Part shown: positions 11,749 through 25,200 of the stretch, in pieces
How positions within the stretch are numbered: the stretch's first letter is position 1
How the letters are laid out: every line of letters starts with the position of its first letter
Source: Podarcis muralis
Taxonomy: Eukaryota
Reading direction: 5' to 3'
Length of the DNA: 64,000 nt
Assembly: GCF_964188315.1 (NCBI RefSeq)
Contig: NC_135667.1
Location: forward strand, 11,408,001 to 11,472,000
Program-made: the position numbers and the translations under genes
The notes under the pieces: model-generated
The model's database searches: none
What the model was told of the DNA's origin: nothing
The model's input: only the letters and a program-made list of their open reading frames with translations

Positions 11749-12386
11749 TAACATGAACTTGATAGACGGTCACCCAAAATAGGGACAATATGGCTTGGGG
11801 CATGGTCAAATCTGTAGCACAGCCCTGCTGGATAGACTCATGGACTCATAAGACAGCTTCTCAATTTTGTGTGTGTTCCTTTTCATCTCTTCTCTCTGTA
11901 CCCCATCACCTCCTCCTCAGGAGAGGTTCAGGGCCTCTTGGGGGTCATTTCTTTGGATGCAGGAGAAGAAGAGAAACGGAATGTATAGGCATTCAAAGTT
12001 TTTGCATATAATCCATGGTTTCTTAAATAAACATAATCCCGTTTCATTTACATCTCACATGCAACTATGCTGGATATCAAGAACATAGATGATAACACCA
12101 GTGATCCCCCCCCCCCCCAAGGGGACGCAGGGAGATGCATAACCCTAAACATTTTGTGAATCTAAGTTTGGCCTCATTAAGGGGCAGAATTTCAATATGA
12201 GTAGGAAAATGAGAGTACCACTAAACATTTTCTCTCCTTTTTATAAAATAAGCACTGGATAAGACAATCTCTTCTGTTATTTTCATCATTTCATTTAACT
12301 TCCCTTCTTGAAAAAACACACAGTGAAATTACCATGCCAACAAGTCTACAGAGTCTAAATACAGAAACGACAAACTATTCTGTTAT

Positions 12387-13288
12387 TTACATCTTTCTAC
12401 GTATCAGCTGCTCTCTGTTATTCAGCTCAGGCCTCACCACAATAATGTAGCATTTAGGGGAAAAGATGCAACCCAGCAGCCCAGCACTGGAAGCCAAGAT
12501 GGAGAAGATCTCCACAGCCACCATGTATTTCCCTCTGGTGCTCAAGTATGTGGGAATAAAGGAGAACCAAACACTGCAGAAGACCAGCATGCTGAAGGTG
12601 ATGAACTTGGCTTCATTGAAGCTGTCCGGCAACTTCCTGGCTAAGAAGGCCACAGTGAAGCTGATAATGGCCAGGAAGCCCATGTAGCCTAAAACAGCAT
12701 AGAACATTAGAACTGACCCCTCATTACATAAGAATATAATTTCTTCAGTCATTGAGTGCATGTCCACATCTGGGAATGGGGCAGAGGTTGCCAGCCAGAA
12801 GGCACAGATTCCCACTTGAATCACAGAGCAGGAAAGGACGATGGAGTAAGCCAGTTTTTTGCCTACCCACTTCCTGATTGTGGAATCTGGCTTGGTAGCC
12901 ATGAATGCCAAAACCACTGAAATCGTCTTGGCCAAGATGCTGGAGAGGGCCACAGAGAAGACAATACCAAAAGCCGTTTGTCGGAGTGGGCAGGTTGCCT
13001 TATTAGGCATTCCAATGAACATCAAGGAGCACAGGAAACACAAGAGGAGGGAGATGAGGAGAATGTAAGTGAGGCTTCTGTTATTGGCTTTGACGATGGC
13101 AGTGTCCCGGTGCTTAATGAAAATGCCAAGTACCATAGCTGTGATCAGAGAGAATAAAAGCGCAGAGAAAGTTGAAACAATGGTCAAAGTTTCCCCAAAG
13201 CCTAGGACGTGTGGTTTCTTGGGAATGCACTGATTCTGCTCTTCATTTGGATATTGCTCTGGAGGACATCTGGCACAGATTTCCAATC
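12387..13288 (-). CDS. V2R-B exon 6 (7TM)
   Basis: 902 bp, class C GPCR 7TM motifs, ends LIRRKM*. Confidence 0.95.
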
Positions 13289-16200
13289 CTGAAAAAAGGT
13301 GGTATGACAGTTGGAAACAATCCAGTATATGCTTAAGAGTTTTTTTTAAATCATGACTTCCCTTACAGTAGTTTTTCCACGAGGATAAGTTTCCAAACTT
13401 CTAGTCGAAATGCTTGTGCCCTAGAAGCTTTGAAGATAAAGTTCCCGAGGAACCTTGTTCTTAGAATAAAGACCCCTATTCTTTTCCATCCTCCCTCCCC
13501 CAAAACCTTGGTTTCTTCCAGGGCAGAATGCATGTACAATTTTTATGTCTTTTTGCATCAAAACAGAGGGGCGGATCTACACTCATGGTGTATATCATTA
13601 AAATGTGTTATTAAAATGTGGCAGCACAGCAGTGAGCCACCATCAATGAGAAACTGCATTAAACATTAGAGAATATTACAACAAGGAAACTAGCGCTAAT
13701 ACACCCAGGAACCTCACCAAAATGCTGAAGAGGGTGCACCTCCACAGGCACATACCTACACATGTGGTGGGAATGCCCCCAAATCCAACTATTCTGGACA
13801 ACAGCCATACAAGAAATGTAAAATAACTAAGCAAGCATTAGAAATCACCCCAGAACTGGCCCTACTAAACATATTCCAAGACAACAATGCCCACTCACAT
13901 CACAAAGAACTCATAACCCACCTACTCTCAGCAACCACAAACATCATAGTCAGACACTGGAAAGACCTGTCAGGAGTAAGCATGGACCAATGGTACCAAA
14001 TAGTATGGGAAACAGCGCTACTAGAAAAATTAACCAATAAACTGAAAGTGACACGATGACAAATAGAAGAAGATACCTTCATTCCGCTGTGGCTCCCCTT
14101 TATCACATACACAGCCCAACAAGACAATGACAAGAATCCACCAACAGCATATGAATCAATATGGCTAACCTGATCCAAAGCACCCACGTACTCACACTCA
14201 CACACGAAAACAAAGTTCACCACAACCAACCACAAACAAGCAACTGCACCCTAGGCCAACCCCAATCTCTCTCACCACCAAAGGAACACATGCGAATAGC
14301 AAAGAGCACCTGCACAATCTACACTGACACAAAACCCAACACATACATTAAGCAAAATTAACCTTTGTAAACCAAGAAAATTTTAATACAATTTTTTTTA
14401 ATACAATATTATATGCAGTAATGTTTAGAATGGGACGCGGGTTGCGCTGTGGTCCTAACCACAGAGCTTAGGACTTGCCGATCAGAACGTCAGCAGTTTG
14501 AATCCCCGTGACGGGGTGAGCTCCCGTTGCTCGGTCCCTGCTCCTGCCAACCTAGCAGTTCAAGAGCATGTCAAAGTGCAAATAGATAAATAGGTACCGG
14601 TCCAGCGGGAAGGTAAACGGCGTTTCCGTGCGCTGCTCTGGTTCGCCAGAAGCAGCTTAGTCATGGTGGACACATGACCCTGAAGCTGTACGCCGGCCCC
14701 CTTGGCCAATAAAGTGAGATGAGCGCCGCAACCCCAGAGTTGGCCATGACTGGACCTAATGGTCAGGGGTCCCTTTACCTTTAATGTTTAGAATATCAAT
14801 GTATGTAGGTACACTGATGGAAAATCTTTATATTACAGATTATGGTCACATCCTCATGGTATGCTCTCTTGAAGGTTAAGATAATTTCTTCATAGTGGCA
14901 GCTTTTACAGAGACAGAAGGGAGATTATTCTACTACAGTGGTACCTCGGGTTACATACTTAATTCGTTCCGGAGGTCCGTTCTTAACCTGAAACTATTCT
15001 TAACCAGAAGCACCACTTTAGCTAATGAGGCCTGCTGCTGCTGCCACGCCGCTGGAGCACAATTTCTGTTCTCATCCTGAAGCAAAGTTCTTAACCCAAG
15101 GAACTATTTCTGGGTTAGCGGAGTCTGTAACCTGAAGCATATGTAACCTGAAGCGTATGTAACCCAAGGTACCACTGTATTGTTAATAAACAATATGAAT
15201 TGAGACCATACAGAGCAAACCTCATTGCCAATTTGCTCAGAATTTACTATAATAGCTTGTATATGGTGATATGGCATCTCTCACCCTTCTCATTTGAGAA
15301 CATCCCACTAGGACATGGATCACAATCATAACAACAGAACTTCTTCCCCTCCTTCTTTTTCTTCTCATAACCGGGAAGGCAGTTGGCATTACATAATGAA
15401 AGGGGTGGCACCTATCCAAAGAGACACGAAGAGGATAATATTAAGACAACGTTTTAGGGGATTCATCTAACATCAGGTGATCAACCAGTAAGTAGGAGGG
15501 CCAGAAATGTTAACTATAGGTTTTCTATGTGCCAAAGCAGCACATACACAGTGGGAGAAAAAGTTCTGTGTCCAGGGCAGCTGTCTACCAGCTCTATCTG
15601 GTATTCCAGCTGAGACCCTACCTGCCTGTGCACTGTGCATCATACAAACACAAGAAGATTACAATGTTCATACCTAGATTGACCATTGCTACAACCATCA
15701 GATAATTTGATCTCATACACTACTGGTTATTTCTTTTTATGGTACTACAGCCTCATGCTCTTTGCTGCAGGAATTTCACTTGATGTCCCCTTAGTGAGCT
15801 TCAAGGAGTTGGGATTTGGAGGTAGTGAATTACTGTGGTTTTGCTCCTATAACTTATACCATTGGAAAAAAGAGAGGCAGCGAAGATGGTGCACAGATGT
15901 ATTGGGGTGTGGTGGACTGCTTTTAGAAAACCAACTTCATAAAAAGCAGGGAACTACAATACAATGTGTACATAAAATAAGTTGCAACTTTTTCAAAAAG
16001 AAATATTTCCAACATTTTTCCGATGACCTTTTAAAAAAATATATGATTTTGTAGGCAACTAGGGCTGATAAGCCTTGGATTGAATAAATCGGAAACATGA
16101 GGCTTTGAGAGGAGCCTGCATGCCTTGCCCACAGCTGATGGAGTATATTGGTAACCACTCTGAGCAAGCCATGATTTGGGGGGGCTCAACCTGGGCCTGT

Positions 16201-19200
16201 GGTAGGAGCCAACCTGACACACAATTACGTAGAGGTGGAAGCCGCCCAGAGTGGCTAGGGAAACCCAGCCAGATGGGCGGGGTATAAAGAATAAATTATT
16301 ATTATTATATTATTATTATCATCCCAGCTTCTAGCATTCCAACTCGACACTAGAGTTACAAGAGGCACCAGAAGATTACAATGTTAGCAATCTATCTAAT
16401 GCTACTAACTGGAAAACCGCCTTGGACCAACAAGCATGTTGGACAACACTGTCTGATAGCCATTGGTCCTTCTTGGTGTGACATGCCTTCTGTGCATATT
16501 GCTCTTTTGATTACGTGGTTCATTTGTTATTAATATAATTATTAGTAGCATCATTATTAGTAGTGGCAGCAGCAGTTGGGCAGCACCTGCCCTCACAGTG
16601 ATTTCCTTACCTGAGTGAAGAGTCTGTGCCATTGGATTCCGTTCCCATTAATGATGAGTTCTTTGCCAGGAGGGGCCTGAGGATCCAGCTTTCCGACTTT
16701 GACCCTGACAAAGGAATTATTTGGGAAAGTGACCAGGTTTGCAATATCAAAGCCAGCTGCTATTTCTCCATGTTCATTCAATGTGATTTCATCCCCAGCA
16801 CTGCTATTGAATGAGATCCTTTGTAGCAATGAGTGGACCTAGGTGGAAAGAGAATCAGAAGGCCTAGAAAATGTTGTAATAGTCTTAAATCCCAGAAGGA
16901 TTTAAGTTATTTTTCTACAAGAGTTATCCACTTCAAGCAATCTTTTTTTATTACCATCGTAGACGAGCATAGGTAGGGTGGGGTACTGTCATATAAAATC
17001 TGTAAAATGGTTTGGAAAGCTAGAATCATAGAACCATAGAATCATAGAGTTGGAAGAGACCACAAGGGCCATCGAGTCCAACCCCCTGCCAAGCAGGAAA
17101 CACCATCAGAGCACTCCTGACATATGGTTGTCAGGCCTCTGCTTAAAGACCTCCAAAGAAGGAGACTCCACCACACTCCTTGGCAGCATATTCCACTGTC
17201 GAACAGCTCTTACTGTCAGGAAGTTCTTCCTAATGTTTAGGTGGAATCTTCTTTCTTGTAGTTTGGAGCCATTGCTCCGTGTCCGCTTCTCTGGAGCAGC
17301 AGAAAACAACCTTTCTCCCTCCTCTATATGACATCCTTTTATATATTTGAACATGGCTATCATATCACCCCTTCACCTCCTCTTCTCCAAGCTAAACATT
17401 AAAAGTATTTAAACAGAAGGCACCGTATTTTTCCATGTATAAGACGATGCTCGTCTTATATGTGGGTAGGCATATGCCCATGCACCCCTCAATATTCTGC
17501 AGCCAGAAGGGCTCTGGTGGGCCTGTCTGCTACAGCAGTGGATTCCTATGGAGCAGTGGGAACGGGCGATGAAGTCCCTTATAGACTCTGAAGGCTATTA
17601 GGAGATACCCTAAAAAGGCCTCTGAAAAGCCCGGAGGGGGCATTTGGGGCTCCTCCCAGTGTGTGACAACACATGGAGCATGTGACATCACACATGTGCA
17701 TGGGACACCCACAATGTGGGTAGGAACATGGTATATGTGGCCCCAAGCATCATTTTTGACAGCTTCAGATACATTCTACTTGGCACATTGATGCCATTAA
17801 CATCATACAACTAGTTGTCTAATTCAGTGGTTCACTTAGTGCTCTTTAAATTGGAGAGTGGGAGGGAGAAAAAGTTTTGTAGTTCTTTATGTCCTTGACC
17901 TCTGAAGGGCAGGTGTTATGCCGCGGCAACGACGCGGGGACCCTCAGAAACTACAGGCGCTGAAGCCTGTGGACCTGGTGACTCGGTGGGCACCATTTGC
18001 GCCCCCCGACCCGCGAAGGAGCCTTTTTAAAGGCTTCGGAACGGGGGACAGGGAGCGGTGCGGTGCTGAGAGTCGACTGCTTCTCCTACGGAGTGAAGCC
18101 GCATGCCATGGTCGGAGAGCGCTGACTTCTTCCTTTGAACTTTTGGACTAAAAGTATCAACCCGTGAGTAATACGGAAATTGGATTTATAAAAGGGAAAA
18201 TTTTTCTTTGGATTAGGCACAATCGGGGAAGGCGCAAAGAGGAAGTCCGTCTCCCCGCCTTGTAAACAACTTAAAGCAAGGACTAGATAACTAAGGTTGA
18301 GAGAACACCTTCTTCTTTGGTGGATAAACGTAATTAATTTCACGTTTTGGCAGTACAAGCGATCTTGCTGGAGGATAAGAGTTAACTTTGAAAGCGGAAG
18401 TGTCACCCCCCCGGGACCCGGGAGTGATCCGAGAGAGAGCCTGTTGAAGAGACATAGAAGATTTTGACAGCTGTCAAACTAGCTGTCAAAGCTGGGGGGA
18501 AAAAGAGAACTTTGTTTCTGTTTTCTTTGCTGGTTAGATTTGTTACAATCTGGTTATAAATTGTTGAAAACAAAGAAGAACTGAAACAAGTTCACTTGAT
18601 TTTTGGGTTGGAACTGGAAGGAATACTAAGTAACCAGAATCCCTCTAGAGGGGGTTCAGGGACATTACAAGAATGGCTGCAAGTGGAAAAATACAGGCTG
18701 AACTGGATAGGGTTTTCTTTCTCTTGGGAAAGTTACAAGGCCAAAGTGATGTTTCGGCTACAAATGTTACAACTCTGAATTCAACAGTAAATAAACTCAC
18801 TGATTTTGATAAGGACTTGACTCAAGAAGTCCATGCAGCTGAACAAGAAAAGAAATCTGAGAAATCTGAGAAAGTGGAGAAAGAGATACATGCTGATCCG
18901 GAGGAAAGGGAAGGAGGAGCTGCAATGCTGCAGATGATTAAGGAGAGCCAGAGGCCTGTCAAGATGGACATAAAGGAAAATAAGAACTGGATGATGAAAA
19001 TCTGGTTTGAATTGAAGAATAAGAATGGAGAGATCTCCTTATGTGGAGATCTGAAGACCTATGGATTACAAATTTGACCAAGGTGGAAGTTGGAGTTTTT
19101 GGGACATTGGGATTTAAAAGAAGCAAGAAACAAGATTTGGGCTCCACTTTTAAATATGGAAGTCTGGCTGGAAGAAACATGGACATTATTGGGACAGAGC

Positions 19201-22200
19201 TTCTCCGATATTTGGTGTTTAATATAAAGGACTATCAAAAAAACCGGCAGAGAGGAATTGAGAGAGAATTAAGAGCCTCGGACGTGAGGTCTCCAAGCTG
19301 ATAGCAGACTAAGACTGATGGACATTTGTTGGGGATCGAAACCGGGAAAGGGGGGGTGGGGTTTGGGAATCCAAAGGGTGTACAATTATATTTTGTTTCT
19401 TTTTATTCTGTTTTGTTATTAGTATAAAAATTGGGGAATTCGTGGAAGGGAATTGGGGTCGACCTTAGAAAAAGATTTTAAGAATGAGTACTGATGTATA
19501 AAGACTGATGTTTATAAGTTAAAATCGGTTATATAAAATGAACTAAATATAATAATGAACTAAATATAATAAGGTTAAAAATTGGGGATAAGAACTTGTT
19601 GAACTAATAATTGGAATTGGAATACAAGAAGGGGAGGCGTGGGGAAGTCATGGAAATAAGTTATTGAAAATAAGGTTTGTAAATGTTGAGGTTTTTTTTA
19701 AAAAAATTGTTTTTTCTTTTTTTCTTCCTTGAAAATTTCAATAAATATCTTTTTTTTTAAAAAAAATGAAGGGCAGGTGTTACCCAGGGAAGGCGTCACT
19801 ACCAAGAAGGCCCTCTGCCTGTTTCCTACTTAGATAGATGATAGATAGATAAATGACAGATGATAGATAGATAGATAGATGATAGATAGATGATGACACA
19901 TGACAGATGACAGATGACAGATGATAGATGATAGATGATAGATGATAGATGATGATAGATGATAGATAGATAGATAGAGCGAGCTAGATATATGGATAAA
20001 GGTTTTGAAGCTGCTAGAAATGTCAAAATTTGTTCATTTGTACTATGCTTTAATGGGGACGCGGGTGGCGCTGTGGGTAAAACCTCAGCACCTAGGACTT
20101 GCCGATCGTTAGGTCGGCGGTTTGAATCCCCGCGGCGGGGTGAGCTCCCATCGTTCGGTCCCAGCGCCTGCCAACCTAGCAGTTCGAAAGCACCCCCGGC
20201 TGCAAGTAGATAAATAGGGACCGCTTACCAGCGGGAAGGTAAACGGCGTTCCGTGTACTGTGCTGGCTCGCCAGATGCAGCTTTGTCACGCTGGCCACGT
20301 GACCCGGAAGTGTTTGCGGACAGCGCTGGCTCCCGGCCTATAGAGTGAGATGAGCGCACAACCCTAGAGTCTGGCAAGACTGGCCCGTACGGGCAGGGGT
20401 ACCTTTACTTTTTACCTTTACTATGCTTTAATAAAATTGAATTGGTCTCTGTTCCAACTAAATCTTTGTCATTTTTGCATGGTAAAATCACAAATTTNNN
20501 NNNNNNNNNNNNNNNNNNNNNNNNNNNNNNNNNNNNNNNNNNNNNNNNNNNNNNNNNNNNNNNNNNNNNNNNNNNNNNNNNNNNNNNNNNNNNNNNNNNN
20601 NNNNNNNNNNNNNNNNNNNNNNNNNNNNNNNNNNNNNNNAAAGGTTTTGAAGCTGCTAGAAATGTCAAAATTTGTTCATTTGTACTATGCTTTAATGAAA
20701 TTGAATTGGTCTCTGCTCCAACTAAATCTTTGTCATTTTTGCATGGTAAAATCACAAATTTTATGGTCTGTTTTTAGTAGACTAAAAATCCTCTACTTAT
20801 TTAGGGCTACCCCACATTTTCTTCTTAAAATTGCTTTGCTACCTTACAGTTATCAAAATTTTCAAAAGCAGGGGTTCCATGGTTTAGCTTTTGAAAAATA
20901 GTGGATCCTCACTAACTAGATAATTAGGAACCACTGGTCTAATTAAATGCCAGTTGAAATACTGGAACAGTGCCAGTTCTAAATGTTTAAACAGCAGCGT
21001 ATTTTTAGAACAATTATTAACCTTTCAAGTATTGGTTGCTATTCTGTCACTTAGGAAAGTTTGTGTAATCTAAAGTCTGTTTAGTGTAATTGTAGGAAAT
21101 AAAATAATTTAAGGTTAATCTTTCATGTATATATTACTTTCAGTTAGTTACTTATAGATGAATGCCAACTCACATTATATATCAGTACAGCACACAACAC
21201 TGAATACTTTGCAAGGTGAACACTTTATAAGTTACCTGCCAAGGCTCTACATTCTGAGAAGAGAGTCTGTCTCCACCCTTTATCCTTTTGCTGATGGCTT
21301 CAGAGGAGTACCTAATATGTAAGGCATGTGCCAGAGCATAGACAGCATTATAGATACTGTAGCTGTGACCGGTCATGCTCATTTCAAAATATGGTGCAGG
21401 AAGGCTCTCCAGCATCTCCTCTCCAGTACATATGTCTGCTGACCCAGTGGAATTTGAAAGTGAACACATGAATGCTTGTTCCCAGAAATCATTGGTAAAA
21501 CCATCCGCATCTGCCCAGGAAGGCTTTACGTTCCTCAGAAAGTCTGAGAAGTCTTGAATGTCCTTGGAGTGAATGGCAAAGGAGAACGCACCATGGCATA
21601 TTTGTATATTTATTTCAAAGGGTTTTTTAAAAAAAGCTAATGAGAAATCAATTTGGGCAGTTGTAATCCATACTTTTCCCACATGTTGCTTCCTCTTAGA
21701 TGGAGGCAATAGCAGCTGAATCATATTCCTTGCCTCTATAGCAATAGTTACCCACAAAACAGATTCTCCATATATAACAACCACATTTGCTTTGCTTGAC
21801 ATGAAAGATGGGGTCAAAATCCCTGTTTCACCCAGCATATCCAGTATGTTACCAGTGAAATGTGGAAGTTCTTCATTTTTATCTGTGAATTCTGAACAGA
21901 TTCCATTCTGGAATAGCATTGGTTCAATGATCTGCAAGAAACGTTCTCCAGCTTCATTATTTGGAGTGATGAGCCCGACCCATTTCCAACCAAAATGCAG
22001 AAGTAACTGGATAATTCCCTTGTACTGAAGATCTTCATTGGGGACCATGCGGTAGAAGAAACCACGTTTGATTTGATCATTTGTGGCTGGTTCAAATGAA
22101 CCATGTGAAATCTGAAAAGGAAAAAGTCAAACCTTTCCATGTGAAAACAAGAATTCAAAACACACTCATTTATCTGAATATACATCCTGTATATCCCATA

Positions 22201-25200
22201 TTTACTAATCTTAGACATGGCGAACCCCCATTTACATAGAAAATATATTGCTCAAAAACCAAACAAACAATATTTCTCATTTAATTTTGTAGATATTAAT
22301 TTGATTATTATCGGAGTCATCACAGCTGCATACTTGTACACACAGATTCTCTCCAGGAACAGGAGAGTTTTTATCCTTGCACTGTCTTCAACAATACTCT
22401 AAAGTGGACCAGGAGAAATACAAGCTATTGATCAGGATCTTTTTGTCTATAACCTTTAAAACACTAGTAGAGAGAGGTTGATGGCATTTCTACTAAGAAC
22501 TCTTGTGGGAGGATCTCCTGGAAATCTCCTGGAAATTAGTTAAGGCAACTAATATGAAGTCAAGTAATGCAGCAGAACAACACCATATTGATAAGAATAC
22601 ATCCATTCCCAAATGCCAGAAAGATAACAAGAAATTTGTTTTCGATTAGCTTCTGAAAATGGACAGTACTAAACATCATCATACGTACACATGGAGTGGA
22701 TCTTATGATTCCTAGGCTGAGAGACATTGTTGTCTCAAGTTATTTATGGCTTTGTAAGCCAGCTTCAGGGGGACGTGGGTGGCGCTGTGGTCTAAACCAC
22801 TGAGCCTCTTGGGCTTGCTGATCAGAAGGCCGGTGGTTCGAATCCCCGCAACGGGGTGAGCTCCAGGTGTTTGGTCCCAGCCCCTGCCAACCCAGCAGTT
22901 CGAAAGCACGCCAAAAAGTGCAAGTAGATGAATAGGTACTGCTCCGGCAGGAAGGTAAACAGTGTTTCCGTGCACTGCTCTGGTTTCGCCAGAAGCGGCT
23001 TTGTCATGGTGGCCACATGACCCGGAAAAACTGTCTGTGGACAAACGCCGGCTCCCTCGGCCTGTAAAGCGAGATGAGCGCCGCAACCCCAGAGTTGTCT
23101 GTGACTGTACTGTCAGGGATCCTTTACCTTTACCTTTTTTTAAAAGCCAGCTTCATCACTATGAATGGGGACTGGTATACCTCTCATGCAGCTTTCAGGA
23201 ATGATGCAATGTGAAATTTATCAAACTGGAATATACAAACAATTTTCTATTAAATATACTGTACACACATTCTATAGGACCTGGGTCATTTCATGTACAT
23301 TGTTGGGTACTAATATTATACCCCCCAAAATATATCCATATGTGGCAACCCATTTCCTTTTTCCATTTTACCACTTCATATTGATGTATCAACAGATTCC
23401 TATTGGAAGGAGAAAAGAGTGAATTATAATATGAAATACCAATTTTTCAATACCCATATTCTACCTGTGGAATCTTGGAAAGACCTAAGACATCTGCCAT
23501 GGATGAGGAGGTGTCAGAGCTAAGTCCCCCAATGACTCCTACTACATTTTTCTGAATGCCACATTTGTAGTTGGGGACAAAGTGATGTGATTTAAAGAGC
23601 AGATCCAGAGTGGTTCGGTAGGCCATCTTTGAATCAGAATAGCTATCATAGATGTGGAATCCAAGAGTGACATTGGGCAAGATCTCGGGATTCTCATTGA
23701 TCTCATCAACAGCAAACACCAAGGCAAGGAGGTGTTGGTACAACTTGGTCGTCACTCTGCAAATAAAGTGCCTTATTATTTTATGGCCAATTAAACAGTG
23801 CACAACACCTAGATCTGAGGGATACAACTGCCTCAATTAAATCATGTTGGAAATATAGAAATTGTTTTCTGCCTTTGAGCTAATGTTTGGATCTCTCTTC
23901 CATCCGAAACAGATTTTTTTACTTTTCTGAACACATAGATTGAGAAGTGATCTTCACTTGTTTTTTCAACCATGCCACTTTTTATCACTAGCAATATGCA
24001 CCGTTATTGACATCATTACTAAACCCCTTTTGTCAGTTGTTGTCCCTAGCAAAACAAACAAATGAAAATAAAGAAATTTAGATATAGCTATATGGGATTG
24101 AATGGGACGCAGGTGGCGCTGTGGGTTAAAGCCTCAGCACCTAGGACTTGCCGATCGAAAGGTCGGCGGTTCGAATCCCTGCGGCGGGGTGCGCTCCTGT
24201 CGTTCGGTCCCAGCGCCTGCCAACCTAGCAGTTCGAAAGCACCCCCGGGTGCAAGTAGATAAATAGGGACCGCTTACTAGCGGGAAGGTAAACGGTGTTC
24301 CGTGTGCTGCCCTGGCTTGCCAGAGCAGCGATGTCACGCTGGCCACGTGACCCGGAAGTGTCTGCGGACAGCACTGGCTCCCGGCCTATAGAGTGAGATG
24401 AGCGCACAACCCTAGAGTCTGGCAAGACTGGCCCGTACGGGCAGGGGTACCTTTACCTTTATATGGGATTGACTGGTAGTGCAGACTTTGATACTATAGC
24501 ACCCTGGGCAAGGCCAAAATTTTGCTCCCGCTTGGCCCTTCCAAAAGGAGGGTATAGCTGTGCCAGGCTTAAGGAAGGAGACACAAGGCTCGCTTGGGTA
24601 GGATCCAAGAGCCCCCCTCCCCCCCCGGTTCCCAAAGCTGGGGAACTGCTAACTAGGCTTTGGGAAGGAAGCAGAAGGACTCCAGGACCTCGTCAGAGCC
24701 CATGACTCCTTCCCAAAGCCAAGTGCCTTGCTTAGCAGGTTAGGGGACAGCACTCCAATGGCTCTGTGTCCAATGTGTGCACACTGCTCGCAGATCTTAA
24801 ACATCACCCTTGTGTCTACTGAGGTCTAGCGAGTGAACTATGCTTCATTGGAGGATAGAGAGATACCATGTATCTTGAAGCAGGTTACAAAATAGTCTTA
24901 TAAAATCTTATTATTGGCTTTAATCTTCCATTGGGTTTCAAAGCAAACCAAGTGCTTTATAGTCAGATACAATTGTAGAAAGAATAAATGAAATGATCTT
25001 AAGAGCCCTTTACTTACATTGGGCTGTTAATAAAGGCCCGATATGGGTGTTCATCGAAGGAAATGCTGGGCAATAGGTAATAGATATGAGACACTATCCC
25101 ACCAATGATAAGGTCACCTTGTTCATACCACTCATGTGGAATATGCACAGGATTATTTCCGCTGCAAACAACCGTATGCACTTGGGGCACCATATTGGGA

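Noticed and set aside
12466-13068. Plus-strand ORFs antisense to exon 6, recurring in all paralogs
   Set aside because: Shadow ORFs of the conserved 7TM coding strand.
20055-20160. tRNA-like folds at SINE 5' ends
   Set aside because: Heads of tRNA-derived Sauria SINEs, not tRNA genes.
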